A stretch of 20,000 nucleotides of DNA, from IMG/VR virus record IMGVR_UViG_3300032069_000008; one strand, written 5' to 3'. Position numbers and translations under genes: made by a program. Shown here in pieces: positions 18,853 through 20,000 of this stretch; positions within the stretch are counted from its first letter, which is position 1; each line of letters opens with the position of its first letter. The DNA comes from an uncultured virus (IMG/VR IMGVR_UViG_3300032069_000008). Taxonomy: Duplodnaviria > Heunggongvirae > Uroviricota > Caudoviricetes. The notes under the pieces were generated by a model. It saw nothing but the letters and a program-made list of their open reading frames with translations. It was not told the DNA's origin and ran no database searches.

Positions 18853-19775
18853 CACTCAGCCTCAGGCGATTTAGCTTTTCGTAGTGGCGGTGGCGATTCC
18901 GATGGGGCTCTCCTTTCCTCTTTACCTGCCACGACTTTAATCGCCTCCATGATTTTACGTTCCATATTTGTCAAATCTGATTTTGTAGCAAACTCAGGTG
19001 ACATCTGCCCTGCCCCGATACTTGTGAGATGCTTCTGTGCCTCCTTCTGCCTTTTTGCAGATTCTGTAATAACGTCAGCACTGTCCTTGGCAGTAAATCC
19101 ACCTCTTACTCTTGCACCGGTCAGCTTCTCGTCCATAAAGCCTTCTTCCTCTAATGCTGAGGTCTGTGTTTTTTTGACCAAGGTTCTGTAGTGGTCAGCT
19201 TGTTGCTCTGCATTGGCAACTCTCTCAGAGACGTTGGCAACCTTGCCTTTCAACATCCTGATTTCATTACCATATGCCTCTGCCTCTCGCTGATAGAAAT
19301 CTCTTGCCTGCTCTGTTTCCATTACTTTCTTTTCCAAATCCTGTATGATGCGGTCACGCTCCCGAACCCTATCAATCGTGTCCTTCATGCGGTTTGCAGA
19401 ATGTGGAGGTATGAAATATTGAAAATTATCATCATTCTCATCATCAGGGTCCGAGGTGTTTCTTGCCGTTACAATTAAAAAGTCGTTTTCCATCTGAACT
19501 AAATCTTCGAGTTCTCCCGTCCTCCGATTTTTTCTATCAAGTGGCTCTTCAAATCTCTTGGCTTTTACGCTCAAGCCTCCCAGACCTGGCTCATCAAAAG
19601 TGAGCCCAACAGCCCAAACTCGCATGGAACCCCAGCCCGAGTCATATTTGTGCACTCTTTTCGTCATTATGCCAATCGGTTCTAGCCCCTTTGCACGAAC
19701 AAAAAGTTTAAGTGGGCTCTTTCGAAGCTCAACAAAGTTCCTTTTGGATTGTAATAATAGTGCCTCTACCTTCAT
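18852..19775 (-). CDS. Hypothetical protein: N-terminal beta-rich domain, long coiled coil, P-rich tail
   Basis: 307-aa ORF preceded by the SD GAGGTGA. A heptad-rich, charged segment runs from DRVRERDRIIQDLEKK to ADHYRTLVKK. Confidence 0.75.
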   Translation of the reverse strand: MKVEALLLQSKRNFVELRKSPLKLFVRAKGLEPIGIMTKRVHKYDSGWGSMRVWAVGLTFDEPGLGGLSVKAKRFEEPLDRKNRRTGELEDLVQMENDFLIVTARNTSDPDDENDDNFQYFIPPHSANRMKDTIDRVRERDRIIQDLEKKVMETEQARDFYQREAEAYGNEIRMLKGKVANVSERVANAEQQADHYRTLVKKTQTSALEEEGFMDEKLTGARVRGGFTAKDSADVITESAKRQKEAQKHLTSIGAGQMSPEFATKSDLTNMERKIMEAIKVVAGKEERRAPSESPPPLRKAKSPEAE

Positions 19776-19781
19776 TTTAGT

Positions 19782-19955
19782 TCACCTCAAGTCGAGTTTG
19801 ACCTTGATAACACGTATCCCCGGAGTATCTTTAATAAATGCTATATGCTCATTTTCCTTGACGTTTAAAAGCTCTCTTGCCTCCTTGGGAAGAGCTATTC
19901 TATCTTTAGATTTGACCTGCACAATTTTTATAATCTGAGTTGCATCCACTTGCAT
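19782..19955 (-). CDS. AbrB/MazE/SpoVT-family swapped-hairpin DNA-binding protein
   Basis: VKSKDRIALPKEARELLNVKENEHIAF matches the AbrB-type pattern xxGxIxLPKxxRxxLxIxxGDxVxF; about 57 aa. Confidence 0.82.
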   Translation of the reverse strand: MQVDATQIIKIVQVKSKDRIALPKEARELLNVKENEHIAFIKDTPGIRVIKVKLDLR

Positions 19956-19985
19956 TTTTCTCACAACAAATAATGACATTCCCCA

Positions 19986-19999
19986 CTTTTAAAGTTTTG
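19986..19999 (-). promoter_or_regulatory. Putative BRE-TATA (CAAAA-CTTTAAAAG) for the minus-strand operon
   Basis: A purine-rich element followed by TTTAAAA lies about 32-38 nt upstream of ATG19955. Confidence 0.4.
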
Positions 20000-20000
20000 G

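Noticed and set aside
18855..18861. GGCTGAG match to the 3' end of the predicted omegaRNA guide
   Set aside because: Only about 7 nt and followed by a different flank; compatible with chance.
1452..19938. Numerous 60-143 aa alternative-frame and antisense ORFs
   Set aside because: All are nested in longer ORFs that have clear domain signatures or operon coupling, and none shows a recognisable motif.

Overview
AT-rich window that looks archaeal (GGTGA ribosome-binding sites, TATA-type promoters, very dense N-x-S/T sequons). A Thermoplasmatota/MBG-D-like host is an inference from gene content. The window has two convergent blocks. (1) + strand, 1-15394, is a secreted/cell-surface protein locus. 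It starts with a 5'-truncated, membrane-anchored S8 subtilase and a small membrane protein. Next is a membrane-anchored protein whose N-terminal domain resembles a cohesin. Four tandem secreted modular proteins follow, each ending in a near-identical double Ca-loop dockerin-like module. Their cargo domains are a NosD-type beta-helix; an Asp-box propeller + beta-helix + PKD + DUF285/BspA repeats; a 7-repeat propeller + Kelch propeller; and a gingipain-like C25 peptidase. Together these suggest a cellulosome-like, cohesin-dockerin surface assembly for proteolysis/adhesion. (2) - strand, 15391-19955, is a tightly coupled operon of an AbrB-like regulator, a coiled-coil protein, an HTH protein, a CPYC thioredoxin-like protein and a tandem winged-helix protein. 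It is interrupted by a non-autonomous IS200/IS605-type IscB + omegaRNA (HEARO) element whose empty site and guide can be reconstructed from the sequence.
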